Shown here piece by piece: positions 8,357-16,195 of a stretch of DNA of 32,000 nucleotides. The stretch comes from an uncultured Actinomycetes bacterium (lineage in GTDB: Bacteria > Actinomycetota > Actinomycetes > S36-B12 > CAIYMF01). The translations under genes were made by a program, and so were the position numbers. Location of the stretch: assembly GCA_963843975.1 (NCBI GenBank), contig CAWJMG010000001.1, forward strand, positions 1,320,001-1,352,000. The letters run 5' to 3'. A model generated the notes under the pieces. That model was not told the DNA's origin and did no database searches. It worked only from the letters and a program-made list of their open reading frames with translations. Position 1 is the first letter of the stretch. The number at the start of each line of letters is the position of its first letter.

Positions 8357-9610
8357 TCAGCCGGCGGGGACCTCGGCGGGCTCCTCCGCGGCCTCGACCT
8401 CGGGCTCGGCCGCCTCCTTCGGGGCTGCGGCGGCGAGGACCTCGAGGGCCACGAGCGCGACGACCGAGAAGACGAGCGTCCAGAGGATGGTCGAGCCGGT
8501 GAGCTGGTCGGACGCCACCAGGACGACCGCGGCGATCACGACGACGAGCACCTGCCAGGCGCGCCGGGTGCGTGCGAAGAACGCGCCGACGGGGCCGAGG
8601 GCCGTGGTCGACAGGCGACCGCCCGCCCCCGACGTACCGCTCGAGACCAGGCCGCGGGCGGCACCCGCTGCCTTGGTGCCCGAGAGGAACCAGCCGATCA
8701 GCACGAGCACGATGCCGAGCACGAGCATCGCGCGGACGCCGATCACCAGGAACTGCGTGAGGATCGTGAAGAACGCCTGCTGCGCGAGCTCGAACGGCGT
8801 CCCCGTGAGGGTGTTGGCGAGTTCGTGCTCCCCGAAGGCGAGACCCAGCTTGAGCACGATCGCGGCCAGCACGAACGCGACGCCGACGCCGATGATCATG
8901 CGGGCACGCCGGGTGCTGACGACCACGGCCACGATGAACAGCAGGATCACGACCCAGATGAGCCACTGCGCGACGGGCTGGCCGATGGCGTACGCCGTCC
9001 GCGCGGTCGCGAGCTGCGGCGAGGTCAGGATGACGACCTGGCGGTCGACGAGCGGCGGGACGGGGATGTTGGCCGCCCAGGACAGGCCGCGGTCGACGAG
9101 GCGCTGCTTCACGATCTCGATGAGGTCGCCGGTGTCGAGGATGACCTGGTCGCCCTCGATCGTGACGGCGCCGTCGGGGTCGCCGGACAGCGCCTTGATG
9201 AGCGAGGCCTGGAGACGGCGGTTGATCCCCTCCCAGACGTCGGCGAACTTCGGGCTCTTCAGGATCTGGTCGACCTGCTGCTCGACGAAGTTGTTCACGC
9301 CGCCGGCGACCAGCGGGGCGAGCGGGGAGAGCTGAGGGGGCAGGACGTTCTGCAGCCGGTTGCCGGCGTCGATCTGCTCGATGAGGACGCTGCTCACCTT
9401 GTCGCCGACGGCCTGCTGGATGGTGGGGTCCTTCGCGAGGGGCGCGACGGTGGCGATGTAGCGCTCGGTGTCGACCAGCGTGCGCTGGGCCCAGAACGCG
9501 GTCAGAGCGATGGGGAGCAGCAGGGCTGCCACCACGAGGATCGTCCAGGCGGCGAAGCCGCGGCCGCGGCCGCCGGTCTTCGTGGTCGCGGGCGTGCTGG
9601 TCTCGCTCAT
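8357..9610 (-). CDS. hypothetical integral membrane protein
   Basis: 417-aa ORF with good GC3. It has an N-terminal TM (FAAWTILVVAALLLPIALTAFWA), an extracytoplasmic domain of about 190 aa, several C-terminal TM segments and an acidic Ala/Glu/Pro tail. No family recognised. Confidence 0.7.
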   Translation of the reverse strand: MSETSTPATTKTGGRGRGFAAWTILVVAALLLPIALTAFWAQRTLVDTERYIATVAPLAKDPTIQQAVGDKVSSVLIEQIDAGNRLQNVLPPQLSPLAPLVAGGVNNFVEQQVDQILKSPKFADVWEGINRRLQASLIKALSGDPDGAVTIEGDQVILDTGDLIEIVKQRLVDRGLSWAANIPVPPLVDRQVVILTSPQLATARTAYAIGQPVAQWLIWVVILLFIVAVVVSTRRARMIIGVGVAFVLAAIVLKLGLAFGEHELANTLTGTPFELAQQAFFTILTQFLVIGVRAMLVLGIVLVLIGWFLSGTKAAGAARGLVSSGTSGAGGRLSTTALGPVGAFFARTRRAWQVLVVVIAAVVLVASDQLTGSTILWTLVFSVVALVALEVLAAAAPKEAAEPEVEAAEEPAEVPAG

Positions 9611-9735
9611 GCCGTCTCCCTCGGATGGTCCCCGGGCGAAAGGCTAGGGGTCGAGGGCGTCGCGATGCGTGACTCCCCGAGAACCCCGCGTGGTCACGAG
9701 GGCGCCCCGTCCTCGAGTTGCTCGGGGACCAAGGG

Positions 9736-11121
9736 TCAGTCGCCGTCGGGGAGGGCGTCTGGGTCGGCGGCGTAGGCGCGGGCCGGGTCGCGACGCTCGG
9801 CCGTGAGCGCCCACCACGAGCCCACGACAGCGAGGGCCACGATCCAGGCGCACACCATGATCGACTGGCCGCTCGGCGGTGCGGCGAACGCGGCGGCGGT
9901 GAGGCCGAGGACGATCGCGACGTTGACGGCGACGTCGTACAGCGCGAAGACGCGGCCGCGGTGGTCGTCCTCGACGTCCTCCTGGACGATCGTGTCGGCG
10001 CAGACCTTCACGGCCTGGCCGGCGAAGCCGATCGCGAGGCCGCCGAGCATGAGCCCCGGCAACGAGGCGAGCGCGAGGCCGACCGCGCCGAGGGTGGCAC
10101 CCGGGACGAACGCGAGCGCCTGCCAGCGCACCGTGCCGATCGTGCGGGAGAGCCTCGGCGTGACGACCGCGCCGAGGAAGGCACCGGCGCCGGCCGCACC
10201 GGTGGCCAGGGTGAGGGCGAGGATCGCCTTCTCGCTGTCGTCGGGGTAGATCGCGCCCCGGGCCTGCAGCACGGTGAGCGCGACGGCGATGCCGAACACC
10301 ACGCGGTGCACCATCACGAAGCCGATCGCGCGAGCGGCCGGTCGGCGCTCGTTCAGGTGCCGGACGCCCTCGACCATGCCCCGCGCGACGCCGCTGAAGG
10401 TCTCGGCCTGGGTGTCGTCGTCGGGGCCGAGCTGGTCGGGCCGCAGCCGGCTCGCGACGGTCGAGCCGAGGACGTACGCCGCCACCGCGCACGCCAGCAC
10501 GACCACGGATCCCCGGTCGCCGCCGCCCGCGAGGTCGCGGATGCCGACGCCGAGCAGGCCGCCCGTGACCGACGCGATCGTGCCCGCGGTGGGGGCGATG
10601 GCGTTGCCGGTGACGAGGTATCGGTCCTGCACCACGTGCGGGAGCCCGGCCGAGAGCGCGGCGAGGATGAAGCGGTTGACGCCGAGCGCGACCAGCACCG
10701 AGATCGCGAGCACCGCGTCGTCGCGGCCGCTGGCCACGACCGCCGCGAGCCCGATGATCAGCACCGCGCGGACGAGGTTGGCGTAGACGAGGACCGAGCG
10801 GCGCCGCCAGCGGTCGAGGAAGACGCCGACGAACGGCCCGACCAGCGAGTAGGGCAGCAGCAGGATCGCGAAGGCGACCGCGACCTTGGCCGCCGTCGGC
10901 TGGCGCTCGGGGGAGAACAGCACGAACGTCGCGAGGCTCGCCTGCACGAGCCCGTCGCCGAGCTGGCCCGACAGGCGCGTGCCCAGCAGCAGCCTGAAGC
11001 CGCGGACACCGAGCACCGCCTTCAGCCCGACGCCGCTCGGCCGAGGGGACGGCGTACCGCGGGACGCGCCGCCCGACGGGCTGCCGGACGAGTCGCCCGT
11101 GGCCGCGCCCGCATCCGTCAT
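9736..11121 (-). CDS. MFS transporter
   Basis: The internal ATG at 11121 gives 461 aa, starting MTDAGAATGDSS... followed by FRLLLGTRLSGQLGDGLVQASLATFVLF and PYSLVGPFVGVFLDRWRRR (MFS loop 2-3 D-R-x-x-R-R type motif). The protein is polytopic throughout. Confidence 0.8.
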   Translation of the reverse strand: MTDAGAATGDSSGSPSGGASRGTPSPRPSGVGLKAVLGVRGFRLLLGTRLSGQLGDGLVQASLATFVLFSPERQPTAAKVAVAFAILLLPYSLVGPFVGVFLDRWRRRSVLVYANLVRAVLIIGLAAVVASGRDDAVLAISVLVALGVNRFILAALSAGLPHVVQDRYLVTGNAIAPTAGTIASVTGGLLGVGIRDLAGGGDRGSVVVLACAVAAYVLGSTVASRLRPDQLGPDDDTQAETFSGVARGMVEGVRHLNERRPAARAIGFVMVHRVVFGIAVALTVLQARGAIYPDDSEKAILALTLATGAAGAGAFLGAVVTPRLSRTIGTVRWQALAFVPGATLGAVGLALASLPGLMLGGLAIGFAGQAVKVCADTIVQEDVEDDHRGRVFALYDVAVNVAIVLGLTAAAFAAPPSGQSIMVCAWIVALAVVGSWWALTAERRDPARAYAADPDALPDGD

Positions 11122-11188
11122 GCGCCGGAACCTACCTGCCGCGACCTGACCACCCCCGCCGAGGTGGCCCCGGAAGATCCGAGTTACT

Positions 11189-11232
11189 GCCCAAAGCGGG
11201 GTTATGGAGGCCGCCAAAGCCCCACTTTGGGC
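11189..11232. repeat. intergenic inverted repeat
   Basis: GCCCAAAGCGGGG - 18 nt - CCCCACTTTGGGC, with arms 12/13 complementary. It lies between the MFS start (11121) and the ino1 terminator hairpin. Confidence 0.4.
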
Positions 11233-11264
11233 CGTGACTCGGGTCCCTCTTCGGGCGGCATACG

Positions 11265-11299
11265 ACGGAGGCCGGATCCCCGCGGGATCCGGCCTCCGT
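11265..11299 (-). terminator. perfect GC-rich hairpin downstream of ino1
   Basis: ACGGAGGCCGGATCCC-CGC-GGGATCCGGCCTCCGT forms a 16-bp perfect stem, 33 nt after the ino1 stop (11332-11334). It has no U-tract, a form often seen in high-GC actinobacteria. Confidence 0.6.
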
Positions 11300-11331
11300 G
11301 ACGTGCGAGCCGTGCGTCGTGAGTGCTGAGG

Positions 11332-12413
11332 TCAGCGCTCGACGGTGCCGGCGATGAAGTCCTCGACAGCCTGCTTGGCCTCGTCGTCGGTGTACTGCAC
11401 CGGCGGCGACTTCATGAAGTACGACGACGCCGAGAGGATCGGGCCGCCGATGCCGCGGTCCTTGGCGATCTTCGCGGCGCGGATCGCGTCGATGATGATG
11501 CCGGCGGAGTTCGGGGAGTCCCACACCTCGAGCTTGTACTCGAGCGACAGGGGGATGTCGCCGAAGTTGCGGCCCTCGAGGCGAACGAACGCCCACTTGC
11601 GGTCGTCGAGCCAGGCGACGTAGTCGGACGGGCCGATGTGCACGTTGCGCGGGTCGATGGGGTCGCGGCAGCTGCGAGGTGACCGACTGGGTCTTGGAGA
11701 TCTTCTTGGACTCCAGGCGCTCGCGCTCGAGCATGTTCATGAAGTCCATGTTGCCGCCGACGTTGAGCTGGTACGTGCGGTCCACGGTGACGCCGCGGTC
11801 CTCGAACAGCTTCGCGAGCACGCGGTGCGTGATGGTCGCGCCGATCTGGCTCTTGATGTCGTCGCCGACGATCGCGACACCGGCGTCGGCGAACTTCTGC
11901 GCCCACTCCGGAGTGCCGGCGATGAAGACGGGAAGCGCGTTGACGAAGGCGACCTTGGCGTCGATGGCGCACTGCGCGTAGAAGCGCGCGGCAGCCTCGG
12001 AGCCGACGGGCAGGTAGCAGACGAGGACGTCGGCCTGGACCTCGCGGAGGCGGGCGACGACGTCGACCGGCTCGAGCGTCGGACTCGGTGACCATCTCGC
12101 GGTAGTACTTGCCGAGGCCGTCGTAGGTGTGACCTCGCTCGACGATCACGCCGGTCGGCGGGACGTCGCAGATCTTGATGGTGTTGTTCTGGCTGGCACC
12201 GATCGCGTCGGCGAGGTCGAGGCCGACCTTCTTGCCGTCGACGTCGAACGCGGCGACAAACTCGAGGTCGCTGACGTGGTAAGGCCCGAACTTCACGTGC
12301 ATGAGACCCGGGACCGAAGCGGTCGGGTCAGCGTCCTTGTAGTACTCAACGCCCTGGATCAACGACGTCGCACAGTTGCCGACGCCGACGATGGCTACGC
12401 GTACCGAACCCAT
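11332..12413 (-). pseudogene. ino1: myo-inositol-1-phosphate synthase, disrupted by two +1 frameshifts (or two sequencing indels)
   Basis: Three colinear pieces in three frames together reproduce full-length Ino1 and match M. tuberculosis Rv0046c (sequence recalled from memory).
- 12413 to about 12075: [25 protein letters not shown]...[13 protein letters not shown].
- About 12073 to about 11666: [26 protein letters not shown]...[27 protein letters not shown]...[33 protein letters not shown].
- About 11664 to 11332: [31 protein letters not shown]...[28 protein letters not shown]...
ATG 12413 is preceded by GAGAGGA. The gene lies 13 nt downstream of the padR stop. Confidence 0.85.
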
Positions 12414-12426
12414 CGGGATTCCTCTC

Positions 12427-13086
12427 TCACTCACCGTGGGCGGTCGGGTAGATCCCGGCCCCGGACGTGGTGTTCAACCGCTGCCCCGACGGGGCACCGG
12501 ACTCCTGCAGTTGCTGGGACGTGCGCGGCTCGGAGTCGCGCTCGCTGGCGATGAGCTCGTCGAGCCACCGCACCTCGCGCTCGACGCTCTCCAGGCCGTG
12601 CTGCTGCAGCTCGAGGGTGTAGCTGTCGAGCCGCTCGCGGGTGCGTGACAGCGACGAGCGCAGCGCGTCGAGGCGCTCCTCGAGCCGGCTGCGCCGACCC
12701 TCGAGGATGCGCAGGCGCACGGACGCCTCGGTGCGGCCGAAGAACGCGAGGCGGACGCCGAAGCGGTCGTCCTCCCACGTGTCCGGGCCGGCCTCGGCGA
12801 CCAGTGCCTGGAAGTGCTCCTTGCCCTCCGCCGTGAGGCGGTAGACGATCCGCGCGCGCTTGCCGGACAGGCCGGAGGCGTCGCCCTCGCCGTCCTCGAC
12901 CAGCCACCCGCGAGCGACGAGGTCCTTGAGGCAGGGGTAGAGCGAGCCGTACGAGATCGCGTGGAACGTGCCGAGCACGCCGGAGAGCCGCTTGCGCAGC
13001 TCGTAGCCGTGCATGGGCGTCTCGTGGAGCAGACCGAGGACGGCGAGCTCGAGGATGCCGCTGCGCTTGGTGCCGCGCGGTGCCAT
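12427..13086 (-). CDS. PadR family transcriptional regulator (Rv0047c-like), upstream of ino1
   Basis: The internal ATG at 13086 gives 219 aa: [62 protein letters not shown]...[14 protein letters not shown]. This is a PadR winged helix followed by a C-terminal coiled-coil domain. Confidence 0.85.
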   Translation of the reverse strand: MAPRGTKRSGILELAVLGLLHETPMHGYELRKRLSGVLGTFHAISYGSLYPCLKDLVARGWLVEDGEGDASGLSGKRARIVYRLTAEGKEHFQALVAEAGPDTWEDDRFGVRLAFFGRTEASVRLRILEGRRSRLEERLDALRSSLSRTRERLDSYTLELQQHGLESVEREVRWLDELIASERDSEPRTSQQLQESGAPSGQRLNTTSGAGIYPTAHGE

Positions 13087-13112
13087 GTGCTCTCCCTCCG
13101 GTCGATACGTGC

Positions 13113-13141
13113 CCCCGATGTATCGGTTCGATACATCGGGG
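13113..13141. promoter_or_regulatory. perfect 13-bp-arm palindrome in the padR / DUF5318 divergent region (candidate PadR operator)
   Basis: CCCCGATGTATCG-GTT-CGATACATCGGGG lies 27-55 nt upstream of the padR ATG. A third related half-site, CGATACGTG, is at 13103-13111. The palindrome contains the ATGT/ACAT elements seen in PadR operators. Confidence 0.45.
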
Positions 13142-13185
13142 CGGACACTACGGGAGCCAGGGCGGGCGTGCAAACTTCCGGCCGT

Positions 13186-13809
13186 ATGGCGCGCGTCACC
13201 CGCCGTACGCCGCCCCTTCGCCTACCGGTCGCGCCGCAGGTCAGGGCCGTGCGGGCGGGGGCGCGGCCCGCGTACGGGACGTACGCTCGTGCGGTGGCAT
13301 CACCGCGGCACCCCTCGCACCGGGCCTCCCGCATCCGCGGGGAGCGTCCGGCCGAGCCCTCGCGCTCGGCGCCGCTGCCCGAGGCGGAGGACGTCGCCGA
13401 CCCGGCCCGGCCCCGCAGCCTCGTCGACCACGCGCTCACGCGGCGCGGCGTGCTCGAGCGCATCCGCAACGGCGACGCGATGCTGCGCGACGACCACACC
13501 GACGCCGACCCGTACCTCCTGCGCGCCGCCCGGCACCACGGCGAGGCGACCGAGCGGCCGTGCCCCATCTGCCGCGTCGAGGAGCTCGTGCACGTCACGT
13601 ACGTGTTCGGCGACGAGCTCGGCCCGTTCTCCGGCCGCGTGAAGTCCTCGGCCGAGCTGCCGGTCATGGCCTACGAGCACGGCCACTTCCGCGTGTACGT
13701 CGTCGAGGTGTGCACCGGCTGCGGCTGGAACCACATGACGCTGACCTACGTGCTGGGGGACGGCGTGCCGCGCCGACCGCTGCGCAAGCCCCAGGACCTC
13801 CTCGACTGA
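13186..13809 (+). CDS. DUF5318-like zinc-ribbon protein (Rv0049 positional homolog)
   Basis: The conserved C-terminal region reads DADPYLLRAARHHGEATERPCPICRVEELVHVTYVFGDELGPFSGRV...HFRVYVVEVCTGCGWNHMTLTYVLG, with CPxC...CxxC. The start is uncertain. ATG 13186 gives 207 aa and GTG 13294 gives 171 aa. No start codon lies closer to the conserved part. Confidence 0.7.
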   Translation: MARVTRRTPPLRLPVAPQVRAVRAGARPAYGTYARAVASPRHPSHRASRIRGERPAEPSRSAPLPEAEDVADPARPRSLVDHALTRRGVLERIRNGDAMLRDDHTDADPYLLRAARHHGEATERPCPICRVEELVHVTYVFGDELGPFSGRVKSSAELPVMAYEHGHFRVYVVEVCTGCGWNHMTLTYVLGDGVPRRPLRKPQDLLD

Positions 13810-13991
13810 AGCCGCCCGCCCGGCGACCACGCGTCGCCCGACCCCACGTTCATCGCGCTCTCAGGGGACGGTGACGGGGGCCACAGAGGTGTGATTTCGG
13901 GTTCCGGCGGGAAACCTGGGACCGTCGACGTACGTCGCACTGCTGGACGCGCGCGTCGCGCGTCTGCTTCCCCTGCACCGAGGATGACCCT

Positions 13992-16088
13992 GTGAGGATC
14001 GACTACCCGCGCCGCGGCAAGACCGGTGTGCGCCACTGGCTGCCCTCGTGGAAGCAGGTGCTGTCGGTCATCCTGCTTGGCTTCGTCTCCGCCGTGGCCC
14101 TGTTCTTCTTCCTGCTCTGGCGCACCGAGGTGCCCGAGCCGAACGAGGTCGCGACCGCTCAGACCTCGATCGTCTACTGGAACGACGGCACCACCGAGCT
14201 CGGCCGCATCGGCGACGCGAACCGCATCTCGGTGCCGCTGACCGACGTCCCCCTCGACACCCAGCACGCCGTCCTCGCAGCCGAGGACCGTGAGTTCTAC
14301 GAGCACGGCGGCTTCTCGCCCGCAGGCATCGGCCGCGCGGTCTGGAACAACGTCTCGGGCGGCAGCCTGCAGGGCGGCTCGACCATCACCCAGCAGTACG
14401 CGAAGAACGCGTTCCTGACGCAGGAGCGCTCGTTCTCGCGCAAGGCGCAGGAGCTGCTGCTCGCGATCAAGCTCGAGACCTCGGTGTCCAAGGACCAGAT
14501 CCTCGAGGACTACCTCAACACCATCTACTTCGGCCGCGGCGCCTACGGCATCCAGGTCGCCTCGCAGCAGTACTTCGGCAAGGACGTCGCAGACCTCAGC
14601 CTCAGCGAGTCGGCCGCCCTCGCGTCGATCATCCGCTCGCCCGGCAACTACGACCCGGCCGACAAGGACAACCTGCCGCGGCTCAAGGGCCGCTGGCAGT
14701 ACGTCCTCGACGGCATGGTCGAGAAGGGCTGGATCACCCAGGCCCAGGCCGACGACGCGACGTTCCCGACCTTCAAGAAGCCCAAGCCCGCCAACAAGTT
14801 CGCGGGCACCAACGGCTACCTGCTCGACGCCGTCGTCAAGGAGCTCGCCACCAAGGACATCACCGAGGACGAGCTCAACCGCGGCGGCCTGCGCGTCGTG
14901 ACGACCTTCGACAAGAAGGCCCAGGGCGCGGCCGTCGAGGCCGTGCGCACCCAGGGCCCGAAGAGCGGCACCAACGGCCTGCGCATCGGTCTTGCCGCGG
15001 TCCGCCCCGGCACCGGCGAGGTCGTCGCGATGTACGGCGGCTCGAACTTCCTCACCAACCAGGTCAACAACGCGACCATGGCCATCGGCCAGGCCGGCTC
15101 CACGTTCAAGCCGTTCGCCCTCGCGGCCGCGGTCGAGAAGGGCATCTCGCTCGACTCGGTCTGGAACGGCAACACCGGCGTCACCATCGACGACTACGTC
15201 GTGAACAACTACGGCGACAACTCGTACGGCGACATCACGCTGCTCAAGGGCACCGAGCTGTCGGTCAACTCGGTGTACGTCGCCGTGTCGAAGGAGACGG
15301 GCTACGACGCCGTCGTCGACTCAGCTCGCCGCGCGGGGATCACCACCGACACCCTCAAGCCGGTGCGCTCGGTCGCGCTCGGCGTCGCCTCGCCGCACGT
15401 CATCGAGATCGCCGACGCGTACGCCACCTTCGCCGCCCGCGGCCAGCACAACGACTACACCGTGCTCAAGGAGGTCCGCGGCGGCAACGGCGGGCTTCTC
15501 TACGAGATCGACCCCTCGCCGGACCAGGCCTTCAGCTCCGACACCGCCGACGTCGTGAACTTCGCCCTGCGCAAGGTCGTGACCGAGGGCACCGGCAAGA
15601 CCGCCCTCGGCGTCGGTCGCCCGATCGCCGGCAAGACCGGCACGACGAACGAGAACAAGTCGGCGCTGTTCGCCGGCTACACCCCCGACCTCGCGGCCGC
15701 GGTCATGCTGACCAAGGACGGCGCCGACGGTCTGCCCGTGTCGCTGTCCGGCGTCGGCGGCCTGTCGACCGTCACCGGAGGGTCCTTCCCGGCCGCGATC
15801 TTCACCGCGTTCATGAAGGGCGCGCTCGAGGGCCTGCCGGTGCAGGACTTCACCGAGCCGACGAGCATGCCGACGGCGAGCCCGTCGGTCACCGAGAGCC
15901 CGACCGAGTCGCCGACGCCCACCGTGACGCCGACCGACACCCCCACCCCGACGGTCACGCCGACCGACACCCCGACCCCGACCGTGGCGCCGACCGACAC
16001 CCCCACCCCGACGGTGACGCCGACCGACACCCCGACGCCGACCGGCGCGCCGACACCCGCCGGCGGCTCCCCAGCCGCGTCCCCCTAG
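13992..16088 (+). CDS. ponA: class A penicillin-binding protein (bifunctional transglycosylase/transpeptidase)
   Basis: 698 aa. The GTG start is preceded by GAGGA. An N-terminal TM anchor is present. GT51 motifs are [27 protein letters not shown] and RKAQE. Transpeptidase motifs are STFKP, SVNS and KTGTT. The C-terminal tail is Pro/Thr-rich and repetitive. Confidence 0.92.
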   Translation: MRIDYPRRGKTGVRHWLPSWKQVLSVILLGFVSAVALFFFLLWRTEVPEPNEVATAQTSIVYWNDGTTELGRIGDANRISVPLTDVPLDTQHAVLAAEDREFYEHGGFSPAGIGRAVWNNVSGGSLQGGSTITQQYAKNAFLTQERSFSRKAQELLLAIKLETSVSKDQILEDYLNTIYFGRGAYGIQVASQQYFGKDVADLSLSESAALASIIRSPGNYDPADKDNLPRLKGRWQYVLDGMVEKGWITQAQADDATFPTFKKPKPANKFAGTNGYLLDAVVKELATKDITEDELNRGGLRVVTTFDKKAQGAAVEAVRTQGPKSGTNGLRIGLAAVRPGTGEVVAMYGGSNFLTNQVNNATMAIGQAGSTFKPFALAAAVEKGISLDSVWNGNTGVTIDDYVVNNYGDNSYGDITLLKGTELSVNSVYVAVSKETGYDAVVDSARRAGITTDTLKPVRSVALGVASPHVIEIADAYATFAARGQHNDYTVLKEVRGGNGGLLYEIDPSPDQAFSSDTADVVNFALRKVVTEGTGKTALGVGRPIAGKTGTTNENKSALFAGYTPDLAAAVMLTKDGADGLPVSLSGVGGLSTVTGGSFPAAIFTAFMKGALEGLPVQDFTEPTSMPTASPSVTESPTESPTPTVTPTDTPTPTVTPTDTPTPTVAPTDTPTPTVTPTDTPTPTGAPTPAGGSPAASP
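15901..16044 (+). repeat. in-frame 30-nt tandem repeat (about 4.5 copies) encoding the PT-rich C-terminal tail of the PBP
   Basis: The unit CGACCGACACCCCCACCCCGACGGTCACGC recurs at 15931, 15961, 15991 and 16021, with a degenerate copy at 15901. It encodes [10 protein letters not shown] repeats. Confidence 0.8.
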
Positions 16089-16098
16089 CCCACCGCCG

Positions 16099-16150
16099 CG
16101 ATCTGGATGACTGAGAGGCACCTCAACGTGCCGCTCAGGCATCCAGATCG
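16099..16150 (+). terminator. long imperfect hairpin between ponA and the GT87-like gene
   Basis: CGATCTGGATGACTGAGAGGCAC-CTCAAC-GTGCCGCTCAGGCATCCAGATCG pairs at 21 of 23 positions, with two A/G mismatches. It begins 11 nt after the ponA stop and has no U-tract. Confidence 0.4.
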
Positions 16151-16195
16151 GGTTCGGGGGAACGGTGGGGGACTCGCGAGACGTCGTAGGGCACG

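Noticed and set aside
11600-12100. Programmed +1 ribosomal frameshifting as the explanation for the ino1 frame changes.
   Set aside because: Neither site has a slippery or prfB-like shift context (no in-frame stop or rare codon preceded by an SD-like element). Two programmed shifts in a metabolic enzyme gene would be unprecedented. An indel, real or artefactual, is far more likely.
13113-13141. The GGTTCGATAC string resembles a tRNA T-arm.
   Set aside because: It is the centre of a perfect palindrome, and there is no acceptor, D or anticodon arm context. No tRNA-like cloverleaf was seen in any intergenic region of the window.
15901-16044. Regularly spaced 30-nt repeats that could superficially resemble a CRISPR array.
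   Set aside because: The repeats are directly adjacent with no spacers, are in frame, and encode the PT-rich tail of the PBP.
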